In this document: positions 19,897-28,318 of the stretch, piece by piece
Layout of the letters: each line of letters starts with the position of its first letter
Numbering within the stretch: position 1 is the first letter of the stretch
IMG/VR virus record: IMGVR_UViG_3300045988_152627
Strand: one strand, 5' to 3'
From: a virus
Taxonomy: Duplodnaviria; Heunggongvirae; Uroviricota; Caudoviricetes
DNA length: 46,969 bases
Notes under the pieces: generated by a model
What the model was told of the DNA's origin: nothing
What the model saw: the letters and a program-made list of their open reading frames with translations, nothing else
Databases searched by the model: none
Position numbers and translations under genes: made by a program

Positions 19897-20452
19897 TTTT
19901 TAACCGCCATAACACAACAGGTTAAAGAAAACTGTTTAACTTATTGATACTAAAAGAGAAAAATGACGATCTTTTTACTCATAAAAATCACAAAAACCAG
20001 GATAATTATCTGATTTTATTAAGTTTTTATAAGTGAAAAGGATCTTGCGATGGTGTTTTGGTTAAAAGATTGGATGTATTTGCATGATTTATAACGATTT
20101 TTATCAGAACAACATCACATTGGTTAAAGATCTGCGCGTATCTTGATGATCTAAAAGAAAATTTTCTACTTTCTTTTTACCAGCACAAATACAGCAAAAA
20201 ATCACGTTTTCCCGATATTTTTCAATAAGATGAGTAAATTTCTTTTACCGCAACTTTTAACCTAACTTTTTTCACGTTTAGCTAGCCGAACATCGGGGTT
20301 CGAATGACCCGCATCCAACGCTTTTGGCCAGAAGGACCCAATTCTGCCGGACGATGAAACGATGCTCGTGCTCCCCCACAGACAGCCAGCGAGCGACGCT
20401 ACAGAACACAGTGAATACACTCTGCATAACAACACCATCAACCACACGATGA

Positions 20453-21172
20453 TTAACGAGAGAAAGTCTTAGAAAGAATGTCATCAATAGCCTTTGTGAC
20501 TTCATCAGCAAACGCATCCTCACCAGCACGCAGCGCCACGCCATGCCAATCAAGACGCTGCGAATAGTTAGGTTGCTGGATAAACGTAAGGATCAACGTA
20601 GGACGCCGCCCAACGCGCTGCCAGACGCCTGGTTGAAGCGGGTTACTTGTACCAGGTCGAACAACAAAAAACTCCGTAGGCTTGCCCTGACGGCGATTTT
20701 GATGCGCATCTCGCTGAACTCTTAGGCCAGATAAGACCTGCTGTAATTGCCCCCGCGAAATATTCCCATATTTGTCCAGCTTTGCGCCGGGACCAGGAGC
20801 AAGCTGCCAGCCGTTAGGCAAATATCCACCAGCCCTTAGCGCCCCTTCTGAGCGTTTGTACTGTCGTTGTCCACCTTCGATTTGCGGAGTCAACGTTACA
20901 GGGGCTGGCGTTCCTCCCCATTCACGAGCATACACAATGGCTGTAGGATCACTCTTCTTTGCGGCCAAAACGTAAGTAGAGTTCTGAATCCACGGCGTGG
21001 GCCTGTCAAATACCCGATTAATTTCATTCTTAATCGCAGCCTGAGAAGCCTTTGCCGTTCTGGTTGCCGCAAGCGCCATTGCGAACGGCAATTCGCGTTC
21101 TTCAAGGCGCTGGAGTTGTCGTTGAATATCCTGAGAAGAAAAATCCATCTTTATCTCAATTCTGTCAGCCAC
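20453..21172 (-). CDS. Hypothetical protein
   Basis: 239 aa ORF coupled to the ParB-MTase gene; no recognisable motif. Confidence 0.4.
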   Translation of the reverse strand: MADRIEIKMDFSSQDIQRQLQRLEERELPFAMALAATRTAKASQAAIKNEINRVFDRPTPWIQNSTYVLAAKKSDPTAIVYAREWGGTPAPVTLTPQIEGGQRQYKRSEGALRAGGYLPNGWQLAPGPGAKLDKYGNISRGQLQQVLSGLRVQRDAHQNRRQGKPTEFFVVRPGTSNPLQPGVWQRVGRRPTLILTFIQQPNYSQRLDWHGVALRAGEDAFADEVTKAIDDILSKTFSR

Positions 21173-21188
21173 CAGCGCCTCCTACACA

Positions 21189-22568
21189 CTACTTAATCAA
21201 CGGCCGGAAAGCCGCCAGCACATCATCAGATCGTCCGATTGTTGAACCACCAGGCAACGGCAACTCAAACTCAAAACGAACAGCTTTCTCCAGACTCGCC
21301 CAACTAAGGGAATCATCGTTAATGACGTGCAAATACCAGCTCTTACAGTTGAATATTGACCGCTTAATCCTGAAACCATGTACACGACACAACTGCTTCA
21401 CTTCATCATCAGAGTGAAACTTCTGGTAAAACCAGTGCCCCTTCCGGTACAACGCGGTAAAACCGTTATGATCAATAAAATAAAGCCGGCTTTTGGAACT
21501 CGCCGCTTGTGTTTGCTTCAGGACTGTTTCCAGCTCTCCACGGCTACGACCAGAAAAGAATATTGACCCACCAGCTTTACACAGGCCTTTCAGAACCGTC
21601 AGAACGGACCATTCAGCCTCGACACTATCGACCGAGTTCAAAACGCTATCGCAAATCACGTAGTCGTAACGCCCTCGCGTTTTTAAGTCGTCCACCAGCG
21701 TATCAATCATCCAGTTTGTTGCGGCCCTATCCAGAGTGTTTCCAGCGCCCTTACGGCGGAAAAGCTCGAGATCATGCAGGTTATATCCCTTTGCCCTGAG
21801 CATTCGCGCGTAGTCTCCCTGCCCCGAACCAAAATCAATTCCTCTTGGCGTCTTGGCAATGATCGGGAGGATCAACGACTCATACAGGTTTGATTTCAGG
21901 CTGCCACCATTACGCAACCGCATAAGCTGCGCATACGTCTGGATGTATGTTGTTTTCTCCAGATGAGAATACTCAAATACACCATAAGTTTTATTCAGAT
22001 AACTTTGGTATTTTTCCTTCTCAACATCAGGGATCACAAACACCGTTAGCGGTGTGCGCGTCATCTTCGCTGCTAATGCATACTGAGCACAGTGAATAAC
22101 CTCGCCAGACTGAGTAGCAACACACCCCCCCCACGGACCATACTTGATAACCAGTTCCGCTATGTTCTTTCGAACATATGCCATTTTCGCGCGCATATTG
22201 CCTGAGATCTGGCTTGCCGATACCTGAACAAAACCATGCTTATCTTCCAGACCGGACACCCTGCAACGCTCATCTCCGCTATCAAAATCCGTTCCGTTAT
22301 GCAGTTGGTTAAACCGTACTTCGTCGTATACCGTCGTTTCACAGGGCAACACATACACCGCAGCACGCGTTATTCCCAACTTACGTAGCGCCTTCGTCCT
22401 TTGGTGTCCCGCCACCAGCAAATCGCCGCGCACTATCAATGGCTTCACAAGCCCTAGCTCCCTGACGCTTTCCGCCAGCCTCGCAAGATCATCCTCACCG
22501 ATAAAACGCGGGTTATATTCCGCACCGCGTAGGTGCGTTATGTCGTAATTGAGGTGAAGCATCAGCAC
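21189..22568 (-). CDS. ParB/Srx-like domain fused to a class I SAM-dependent methyltransferase
   Basis: 459 aa; N-terminal LIVRGDLLVAGHQRTKALRKLG (ParB-like); C-terminal IDFGSGQGDYARML (motif I) and DYVICDSVLNSV; no DPPY/NPPY motif seen. Confidence 0.7.
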   Translation of the reverse strand: MLMLHLNYDITHLRGAEYNPRFIGEDDLARLAESVRELGLVKPLIVRGDLLVAGHQRTKALRKLGITRAAVYVLPCETTVYDEVRFNQLHNGTDFDSGDERCRVSGLEDKHGFVQVSASQISGNMRAKMAYVRKNIAELVIKYGPWGGCVATQSGEVIHCAQYALAAKMTRTPLTVFVIPDVEKEKYQSYLNKTYGVFEYSHLEKTTYIQTYAQLMRLRNGGSLKSNLYESLILPIIAKTPRGIDFGSGQGDYARMLRAKGYNLHDLELFRRKGAGNTLDRAATNWMIDTLVDDLKTRGRYDYVICDSVLNSVDSVEAEWSVLTVLKGLCKAGGSIFFSGRSRGELETVLKQTQAASSKSRLYFIDHNGFTALYRKGHWFYQKFHSDDEVKQLCRVHGFRIKRSIFNCKSWYLHVINDDSLSWASLEKAVRFEFELPLPGGSTIGRSDDVLAAFRPLIK

Positions 22569-23185
22569 ACCTCCCCAGCCAGCAATGCGGATACAAATCC
22601 GATATAGCTGCCATTATCATCAACATAACGAGACACCGCGCAGTCAAAACGATCCGCTTCCTCATCCGTTGCCGGGATTTTATGACCTCCAAATGACAGG
22701 TACTGAACTTTTACGCCTGATTTGGCCTCATCCTTCTCAAATGGGATATCCATACCCTCTGTGTCATCGTAGACCGCCGCACTCAATAAGTTATCCAGTT
22801 CGCGCTGAGTAAAACCAATTGAGTCCAGAGCAAAATCATCGGCCGCAAGATCTGCAAGCTCCGCGCTTAACAACTCTTCATCCCAACCAGCATTCAGCGG
22901 AATACGGTTGTCGGCCAGACGATATGCCTTCTTCTGATTCTCCGTTAGCCCTTCCAGAACAATGCAGGGAACATCATCCATCCCCAACTGAGTGGCCGCA
23001 GCAATTCGACCATGACCAGCAATTACAACGTTGTTCTCGTCTATCAGGATCGGATTAGTCCATCCGTACTCCTGTATGCTGGCAACAATCTGATCTACCT
23101 GCTCCACGGAGTGTGTGCGAGCGTTCTTTTCATAACCAATCAACACAGAAAGTGGTAAAGAAACCACATTAAGATGTTTTGTCAT
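22562..23185 (-). CDS. ParB/Srx-like nuclease-domain protein (paralogue of 19306..19896)
   Basis: 207 aa; LIDENNVVIAGHGRIAAATQLG and overall collinear similarity to the 196-aa ParB-like protein. Confidence 0.75.
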   Translation of the reverse strand: MTKHLNVVSLPLSVLIGYEKNARTHSVEQVDQIVASIQEYGWTNPILIDENNVVIAGHGRIAAATQLGMDDVPCIVLEGLTENQKKAYRLADNRIPLNAGWDEELLSAELADLAADDFALDSIGFTQRELDNLLSAAVYDDTEGMDIPFEKDEAKSGVKVQYLSFGGHKIPATDEEADRFDCAVSRYVDDNGSYIGFVSALLAGEVC

Positions 23186-23420
23186 GCCGTTTATCCGCTA
23201 AAATCCCCTCGCTTGTGCAAGCAAGTGGGCCTCGGTTTGTATCCACGGCACCCTGTGGGTATGAATGACTGTCGTCAGGTCGCAACTGACGGCGGTCGCC
23301 CACCTTCCAGTAATAAAAAAGCCACCAGCATTAACTCCACAGCGAGCTGGAGTTAATGAGGCAGCTTTGGTTTGCGCATTATCGCAGTCCCTGGTAAGCA
23401 CAAGAGCTGCTGTAATGCTA

Positions 23421-23450
23421 AAAAAACAAAACCACCCGCAGGTGGTTTTA
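23421..23450. terminator. Bidirectional rho-independent terminator
   Basis: Hairpin AACCACC-CGCA-GGTGGTT flanked by an A-run upstream and a T-run downstream; ends the minus-strand operon 25081->23478. Confidence 0.6.
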
Positions 23451-23477
23451 TAAATAAATAGCAAACAGGTATCTGCA

Positions 23478-23921
23478 CTAATCAGATAAACCAAACTTCT
23501 TCTTTGCCAATGACTTGAGAAGTTCTACACCAACATCCTTCATAACAGCCAATGGCTCATTGCTAATTTCTTTTAGTCTAGCGAAAACATCTTTGCTCTC
23601 TAGTGCACAGGCAAAATCCTGTCCCTCTGTAGTCAATCTAATATCTACATCAACAGTCCTCATTCCTGCAAAGGAATTAACATAGCCAAGACGCAGAGGA
23701 TCACGCGTTTCCATCTTCATATTGCTGATAAAACCTTGCTCAATCAATTGCATATAATGAAACATGCCCTTTTCTGAGGCTATATCAAACCCCGCATCTC
23801 TTAGTTGATTTACTGTTATGAACGTGCTTTCTGAATCCAAAAACACAGTCAGCATCTTTTTTAGATAATCTAGATCGGTGCGCATTTTACCCTCCTTAAA
23901 TGGAACGCAAATGTTACACAA
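23478..23921 (-). CDS. Hypothetical protein
   Basis: 147 aa (possibly starting at the internal Met); last gene of the four-gene accessory operon. Confidence 0.4.
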   Translation of the reverse strand: MCNICVPFKEGKMRTDLDYLKKMLTVFLDSESTFITVNQLRDAGFDIASEKGMFHYMQLIEQGFISNMKMETRDPLRLGYVNSFAGMRTVDVDIRLTTEGQDFACALESKDVFARLKEISNEPLAVMKDVGVELLKSLAKKKFGLSD

Positions 23922-24120
23922 CCTTTAAAAAAGACACATTGTTTTATTTATGCCTCATTTTAATCGACCAATTACTGCCTAAATTTATCAATCAATAATT
24001 GCTCCCGCTTACGCCGAAAAGCTCTCTGCGCCACTAAGATGCGCCACAGAACACCAGCGATAACCACCAGCGAGATACAAAAACACACGGCCACAACCAT
24101 CAGAAAAATGCCAACACCAT

Positions 24121-24327
24121 TCATGAAACTATCCATTCTTCAATGAATATCTCCAGTAATGTCAAGAGATACGCCATCCCCAGCGCGGTTCCTACCGATA
24201 TAGCTAAGACAAACCTCAAAGATAACGAGGTGTCTTTCGCTTTTCTCCAGACGTAAGCGCCAGCCAGAAATACCAACAAATCTCTTATTGGAAGCGGAAA
24301 CCAGAACAAATCACTCGGCAAGTCCAC
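24121..24327 (-). CDS. Small membrane protein
   Basis: 68 aa with two hydrophobic helices. Confidence 0.35.
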   Translation of the reverse strand: MDLPSDLFWFPLPIRDLLVFLAGAYVWRKAKDTSLSLRFVLAISVGTALGMAYLLTLLEIFIEEWIVS

Positions 24328-24329
24328 GG

Positions 24330-24785
24330 TTATATCCTTCCATTCATTTTTATCGGATGACCAGATAGCCTTACGCAGTTGAGCTGTAAAGCTCCGGTAT
24401 CAACTAACTGATCAACTAACATGATTAGAGCTTCATATTCAGACTGATAGCTAACCTGACGCATTCGACCGCCGTTGTTCTCCAGAATGTCGGCCACCTT
24501 TGCAGCCAACTCGCTTAGACAGGAGAACTTATTCCCATATATCGTTTTATACTCGCGCTTCTGGCATTCTTCGGCTTGCGGCTGGTTATCGAGAGCTATC
24601 AGCGACCGATGGCTATCAAGGAAGTCCACAATCTCATTCAGGCACTCTTTGGCTGCCTCATCGTGACTTTTTCCGTATGCTTCATGGAGGACTTTCATCC
24701 TCATCATTGCTCCGTCACACATAATCGAAAGCGCGTAAAGCACATCACTAATCGCCATTTCTTTTTTGGTGCTTGTCGAAGGCAT
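24330..24785 (-). CDS. Hypothetical protein
   Basis: 151 aa ORF with RBS; no recognisable motif. Confidence 0.4.
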   Translation of the reverse strand: MPSTSTKKEMAISDVLYALSIMCDGAMMRMKVLHEAYGKSHDEAAKECLNEIVDFLDSHRSLIALDNQPQAEECQKREYKTIYGNKFSCLSELAAKVADILENNGGRMRQVSYQSEYEALIMLVDQLVDTGALQLNCVRLSGHPIKMNGRI

Positions 24786-24810
24786 CCCATGTTCTCCTTT
24801 GTCTGGATGT

Positions 24811-24836
24811 AAAAAAGCCCCGGCAATTGCCGAGGC
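24811..24836 (-). terminator. Candidate intra-operon terminator or attenuator
   Basis: Minus-strand hairpin GCCTCGGC-AATT-GCCGGGGC followed by TTTTTT, between the 73-aa and 151-aa genes. Confidence 0.45.
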
Positions 24837-24859
24837 TCGTTGTTCGTTATCGTTACGGT

Positions 24860-25081
24860 TTAATGCTCGCGTCGTCCGGCGACAACTTCGGATTTGTATT
24901 TCAGGTCGCCCAGCAAGAATTGCAGCTTAAGCATCTTTGCCGCCGTGTAGTTCCCTGATTCCACAACCTCTTTCATGAGGTCATAAACGGCCGCTACATC
25001 ATCAGCCAGGAACTCTTTGCGTTGCTGATCAGTCGCACGTTTGAAGGAAATACGCATTACTTTACGGTCTTGTTCTTTCAT
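24860..25081 (-). CDS. Hypothetical small protein
   Basis: 73 aa; start codon sits exactly at the end of promoter-leader cassette copy 1. Confidence 0.4.
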   Translation of the reverse strand: MKEQDRKVMRISFKRATDQQRKEFLADDVAAVYDLMKEVVESGNYTAAKMLKLQFLLGDLKYKSEVVAGRREH

Positions 25082-25200
25082 CGGGTTATCTCCGGTTTAA
25101 CCAGGGCGGGTATCGCTCGGTTTCGGGTATAACATTAGGAAATTTTTTCCCACCTGTAAAGTACTTTTTATATAATTATATAATTATATAATTCTATGAC
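25082..25200 (-). promoter_or_regulatory. Promoter-leader cassette copy 1 (TTTACA-N17-TAATGT, about 50-nt leader, RBS GGAGAT)
   Basis: Minus-strand -35 at 25155..25160 and -10 at 25132..25137; near-identical to 32154..32275 and 42784..42900; (TATATAAT)x3 upstream of the -35. Confidence 0.6.
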
Positions 25201-25781
25201 ACTTGCCAGAGAGCATCATGCAACTGGATACCTCCATTGCACTGGTTGCCCCAGCCATGCCAGCCATCAGGTAAATCACCGCGAGCAAACAACTCAATAC
25301 GAGGAACATCGCCTAACAGCTTTACCAGCTTGTCACGGACCACATCAGGCTTCCGAGAATGCTCCAGACGAGGCGATGTAAACGACTGAATAATCCCCGC
25401 ATCAAGGCGGGTTGGCAGTTTGCCTTTTACCGCAAACAAGCAATCTTCACTGTTTGCACGAGTCATATGCCCCATCCCCATCACCAGCTTATCTGGTTGT
25501 CGGCTACCACATTTGTTCCATGTGAAGCCCTTCATGGTCATAAGCCTGAATCCCCATGCTTTCACCACCAGCAACGCTTCTTCTGGCTGAGTCGGAACCC
25601 ACCACATGGCCAACAAACACGATTCAGGATTAGCAAGCTGCCAGACAGGAATACGAGCAATCTCCTCAGCTTTCATCGTTGGATACTTAAAACCAGCGCC
25701 ACGATTCCCATCCTTACACTTGTCTTTGTATTCCCAGGGGGGATCTGCATAAATCAGATTAAACAATGCAATTGCCTCCAT
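25194..25781 (-). CDS. DNA N6-adenine methyltransferase, MT-A70 family
   Basis: 195 aa with the N-terminal DPPW motif (LIYADPPWEY). Confidence 0.75.
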   Translation of the reverse strand: MEAIALFNLIYADPPWEYKDKCKDGNRGAGFKYPTMKAEEIARIPVWQLANPESCLLAMWWVPTQPEEALLVVKAWGFRLMTMKGFTWNKCGSRQPDKLVMGMGHMTRANSEDCLFAVKGKLPTRLDAGIIQSFTSPRLEHSRKPDVVRDKLVKLLGDVPRIELFARGDLPDGWHGWGNQCNGGIQLHDALWQVS

Positions 25782-26083
25782 GTTAGTTATGTCTCCGCCG
25801 CTCAGGCAGTCATAACGCTGGCCAGCTCTACAGCAGACACAACGAAAAGGGCACTAACCAGACTGATTAATGCCCTTGCCTGTTGTGTGCCGGATATCGC
25901 CCGACAACGCTGTTTTGGTAACACGGCTACAGTTCCGTGCCGCTCCAGCTTTTACCCCTTTGCGGATAACAGGCCCTGCCTGTAACTTAGCCCCACGTTC
26001 GCCCGAAATGCGCACCAGGCACGCATAAAGATGAGCACGAAGGAAGTAACTCCACCGCGCTTATCTTTATGTGTGAGAGTGAA

Positions 26084-26159
26084 TTGGTGGCCCCTACCGG
26101 ATTTGAACCGATGACCGTGCGATTATGAGTCGCCTGCTCTAACCACTGAGCTAAGGGGC
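26084..26159 (-). tRNA. tRNA with CAU anticodon, most similar to tRNA-Ile2 (ileX-type); elongator Met not excluded
   Basis: 76-nt cloverleaf GGCCCCTTAGCTCAGTGGTTAGAGCAGGCGACTCATAATCGCACGGTCATCGGTTCAAATCCGGTAGGGGCCACCA: 7-bp acceptor stem, D and T arms, CTCATAA anticodon loop, encoded CCA. Confidence 0.85.
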
Positions 26160-26329
26160 CATATTTGATCTGTTTGTCTGGTGTGGCGCCGCGCACGAAA
26201 ATCCCAGCCAATAAATTCAGGATTTTTGGGCGCGGCGGCATATCAGACAAACATGGTTGATGCGTGCGCCCATGAGAAAAGCGCATAGAATGTTGTAACT
26301 ATATATTTATATAATTATAGAAATATATA

Positions 26330-26539
26330 TTACTTTCGGCAGTTGATTTCCCATGCCCTGTTATGAGCCAGAATATCTTTCTTTGTCTGGCGGTCCATAA
26401 CATCGATGTCGTGATCAGTCAGGTAGATGGGCTTTACCCAATCACAGGCGGTATCAACCACCACCGGGACGCTTCCACGACTCCCGCAGCTCGCGATCAA
26501 CATCGTCATCAGCCATATGGTTAACACTCTGCTGTACAT
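26330..26539 (-). CDS. o-spanin (Rz1-like lipoprotein)
   Basis: 69 aa with signal peptide and lipobox LIASC; partly nested in the 3' end of the Rz-like gene in another frame. Confidence 0.55.
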   Translation of the reverse strand: MYSRVLTIWLMTMLIASCGSRGSVPVVVDTACDWVKPIYLTDHDIDVMDRQTKKDILAHNRAWEINCRK

Positions 26540-26732
26540 TCCCCACCTCTTTTGTCACTTCTATACGCCGCTCCGCAGTGGCTTTTACGGCGGCTGCATT
26601 CTCATTAATGCGCTGCTTTTCAGCTTCATCTTCGGCCTTTTCTCGCCCCTTCATACGACCAAAACCAAATGCGCCGAATGCAACCAATATAATGGTGCCG
26701 ATAAATGACAAAACGGCTTTCAAACCAGTCAT
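26454..26732 (-). CDS. i-spanin (Rz-like)
   Basis: 92 aa; N-terminal TM helix then charged coiled-coil region; directly downstream of the endolysin. Confidence 0.6.
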   Translation of the reverse strand: MTGLKAVLSFIGTIILVAFGAFGFGRMKGREKAEDEAEKQRINENAAAVKATAERRIEVTKEVGNVQQSVNHMADDDVDRELRESWKRPGGG

Positions 26733-27271
26733 ACCACCACTCGCTCTTTCATCCAGCCATAGACAAACGACTCATTTGCTTCGCGTTTCTCCGCCAGGTC
26801 CAGATAACGGTCGCCCTGCGTACAGTTCAGGGCCGTCAGCATTACCCGTTCGCCGTCTTTTCCCCGATTCCCAAGATAAGCACGTAATGCCGCAATGGTG
26901 CGCGGGCCGATTCGCCCATCCACATCCATATCTGGATACAACTTCCCGCCACGGTTGAAAACATTCAACCAACGTTGAAGCATCTTCGTCGCCACAGTCG
27001 GCCCCATGTTGACGCCCGTATCACACATCTCCGCCGCAATATCAGGGGAAAATTGCGCCACTTGGTCAAAACGAGGTCCATACCAATAATCACCTTCAAG
27101 AATCATCAGTGCCTGTTCGCGGGTTAAATCGCGCATATCGCCACGGTATCCATGAGCACGGGCAGTGTTCTGAGTAATGCCCCACATTGTTGGGCCTCCC
27201 TTGTCGTCAGGGTGATCCACATAGCCGCCCTCTTTTCCAAGAATGCTGTTAAAAATCTCATCTTTGGTCAT
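26729..27271 (-). CDS. Endolysin, GH108-like N-terminus with peptidoglycan-binding C-terminus
   Basis: 180 aa starting MTKDEIFNSILGKEGGYVDHPDDKGGPTMWGIT, typical of GH108 phage lysins; sits between holin and spanins. Confidence 0.7.
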   Translation of the reverse strand: MTKDEIFNSILGKEGGYVDHPDDKGGPTMWGITQNTARAHGYRGDMRDLTREQALMILEGDYWYGPRFDQVAQFSPDIAAEMCDTGVNMGPTVATKMLQRWLNVFNRGGKLYPDMDVDGRIGPRTIAALRAYLGNRGKDGERVMLTALNCTQGDRYLDLAEKREANESFVYGWMKERVVV

Positions 27272-27590
27272 GATTAAACCCTAATGCGTCAACTATCCGC
27301 GCCAGATTGCCCCTGAAATACAGAACAACGATGCAGATAATCAGATTTCCAATAACCACCAGCCAGTGGGATTCTTGATAAAGACCGAACACATAACGGA
27401 AGGGAACATTGGCGTATACAATGACGTAGATATAAGCCAGCAAGGAAACAAATGGACGATGCCTGGAGTCTTTCCGTCGATAAAGCATCAGCGCCATTAC
27501 TATTACTGTGCAAAGCACCGCATTAATCAGTGCTGACGGGTCACTGCTTACCATTTGAACCCCCTCCACGTAAGCGGGAAAGCATTCCAA
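27258..27590 (-). CDS. Membrane protein, possible second holin or antiholin
   Basis: 110 aa with three hydrophobic helices; overlaps both neighbours. Confidence 0.4.
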   Translation of the reverse strand: MECFPAYVEGVQMVSSDPSALINAVLCTVIVMALMLYRRKDSRHRPFVSLLAYIYVIVYANVPFRYVFGLYQESHWLVVIGNLIICIVVLYFRGNLARIVDALGFNHDQR

Positions 27591-27936
27591 AGATGCTACC
27601 GAGATCCTGGCTGTTTACGAACGTGAGGATTTTAATTGTCAATGCAGCCACAATAACCGCACCAAGCGCATCAAGAGGACGATCGTTGTAGCTGGTCCAT
27701 TTGGCAAGAAATGAGCCAACTAACGGCGCTCCAATCACTCCAACAATGAACGATGTAAAGAAATAGCCAATCAGCTTGAGACGGCTAATATTCACCGCTG
27801 TAGCAACATAGAAAACAGCGCCAGCAAATGCCCCGAATACAACGCCGTAATCAATACCAGTTGCAATACCAAAAACGCTGGCACCCATCAGGCCACCAGC
27901 AGCAACGGCCGTACCGGAAATTGGTTCTGCTGACAT
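27541..27936 (-). CDS. Putative holin
   Basis: 131 aa with multiple Gly/Ala-rich TM helices; first gene after the terminator at 27950..27980. Confidence 0.5.
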   Translation of the reverse strand: MSAEPISGTAVAAGGLMGASVFGIATGIDYGVVFGAFAGAVFYVATAVNISRLKLIGYFFTSFIVGVIGAPLVGSFLAKWTSYNDRPLDALGAVIVAALTIKILTFVNSQDLGSIFGMLSRLRGGGSNGKQ

Positions 27937-27949
27937 TGAAATCCTCGTT

Positions 27950-27980
27950 AAAAAAAAAGCCCCGCCGAAAAAGGCAGGGC
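27950..27980 (-). terminator. Rho-independent terminator just upstream of the holin start (tR'-like position)
   Basis: Minus-strand hairpin GCCCTGCC-TTTTTC-GGCGGGGC followed by a 9-T run, then RBS GAGGA and the holin ATG. Confidence 0.6.
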
Positions 27981-28126
27981 TTTACAAAGCAACAAATTAC
28001 GCGGTAATCGCTTAACGCAGTTTTACTACGTTAAATGAAACGTTACACCCAGTTACCACCTAAAACAAGGCTTTTCCATAAAAAAACCTTCACATCGTGG
28101 TTAATCGATCAATAAAAAAGCAATGT

Positions 28127-28318
28127 TCAACTTTTCACCAACCGAACATCCCGACCAGGACTTCCATAATATTTGCCGATATGCCACAGCTTAAGTTGAG
28201 TAATCTTCTCCAACTTAACTCCCACAGAATCCAATTTCTGCCATGTTTTCGGTTGTATGTGCCTCATTACCCGCTCTGAATATCTAAATACTGCTCGTAG
28301 CCTCGCTAAATTGCTCAC
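28127..28318 (-). CDS. Hypothetical small protein
   Basis: 63 aa ORF coupled to the upstream 300-aa gene. Confidence 0.3.
   Translation of the reverse strand: MSNLARLRAVFRYSERVMRHIQPKTWQKLDSVGVKLEKITQLKLWHIGKYYGSPGRDVRLVKS

Noticed and set aside
20262-20553. Small minus-strand ORFs 20262..20447 and 20278..20553
   Set aside because: They overlap each other in different frames at the edge of the AT-rich non-coding region and encode Cys/Arg/Leu-rich sequences without RBS.
19306-23185. ParB-like genes as the plasmid partition ParB
   Set aside because: They carry the ParB/Srx nuclease-type N-terminal domain but sit in the late/packaging region without a cognate ParA. The actual partition system is the ParA/RHH cassette at 36107..37067.
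25987-26286. 99-aa minus-strand ORF overlapping the tRNA
   Set aside because: It spans the complete tRNA cloverleaf and the adjacent long hairpin. The tRNA structure is the better-supported feature.
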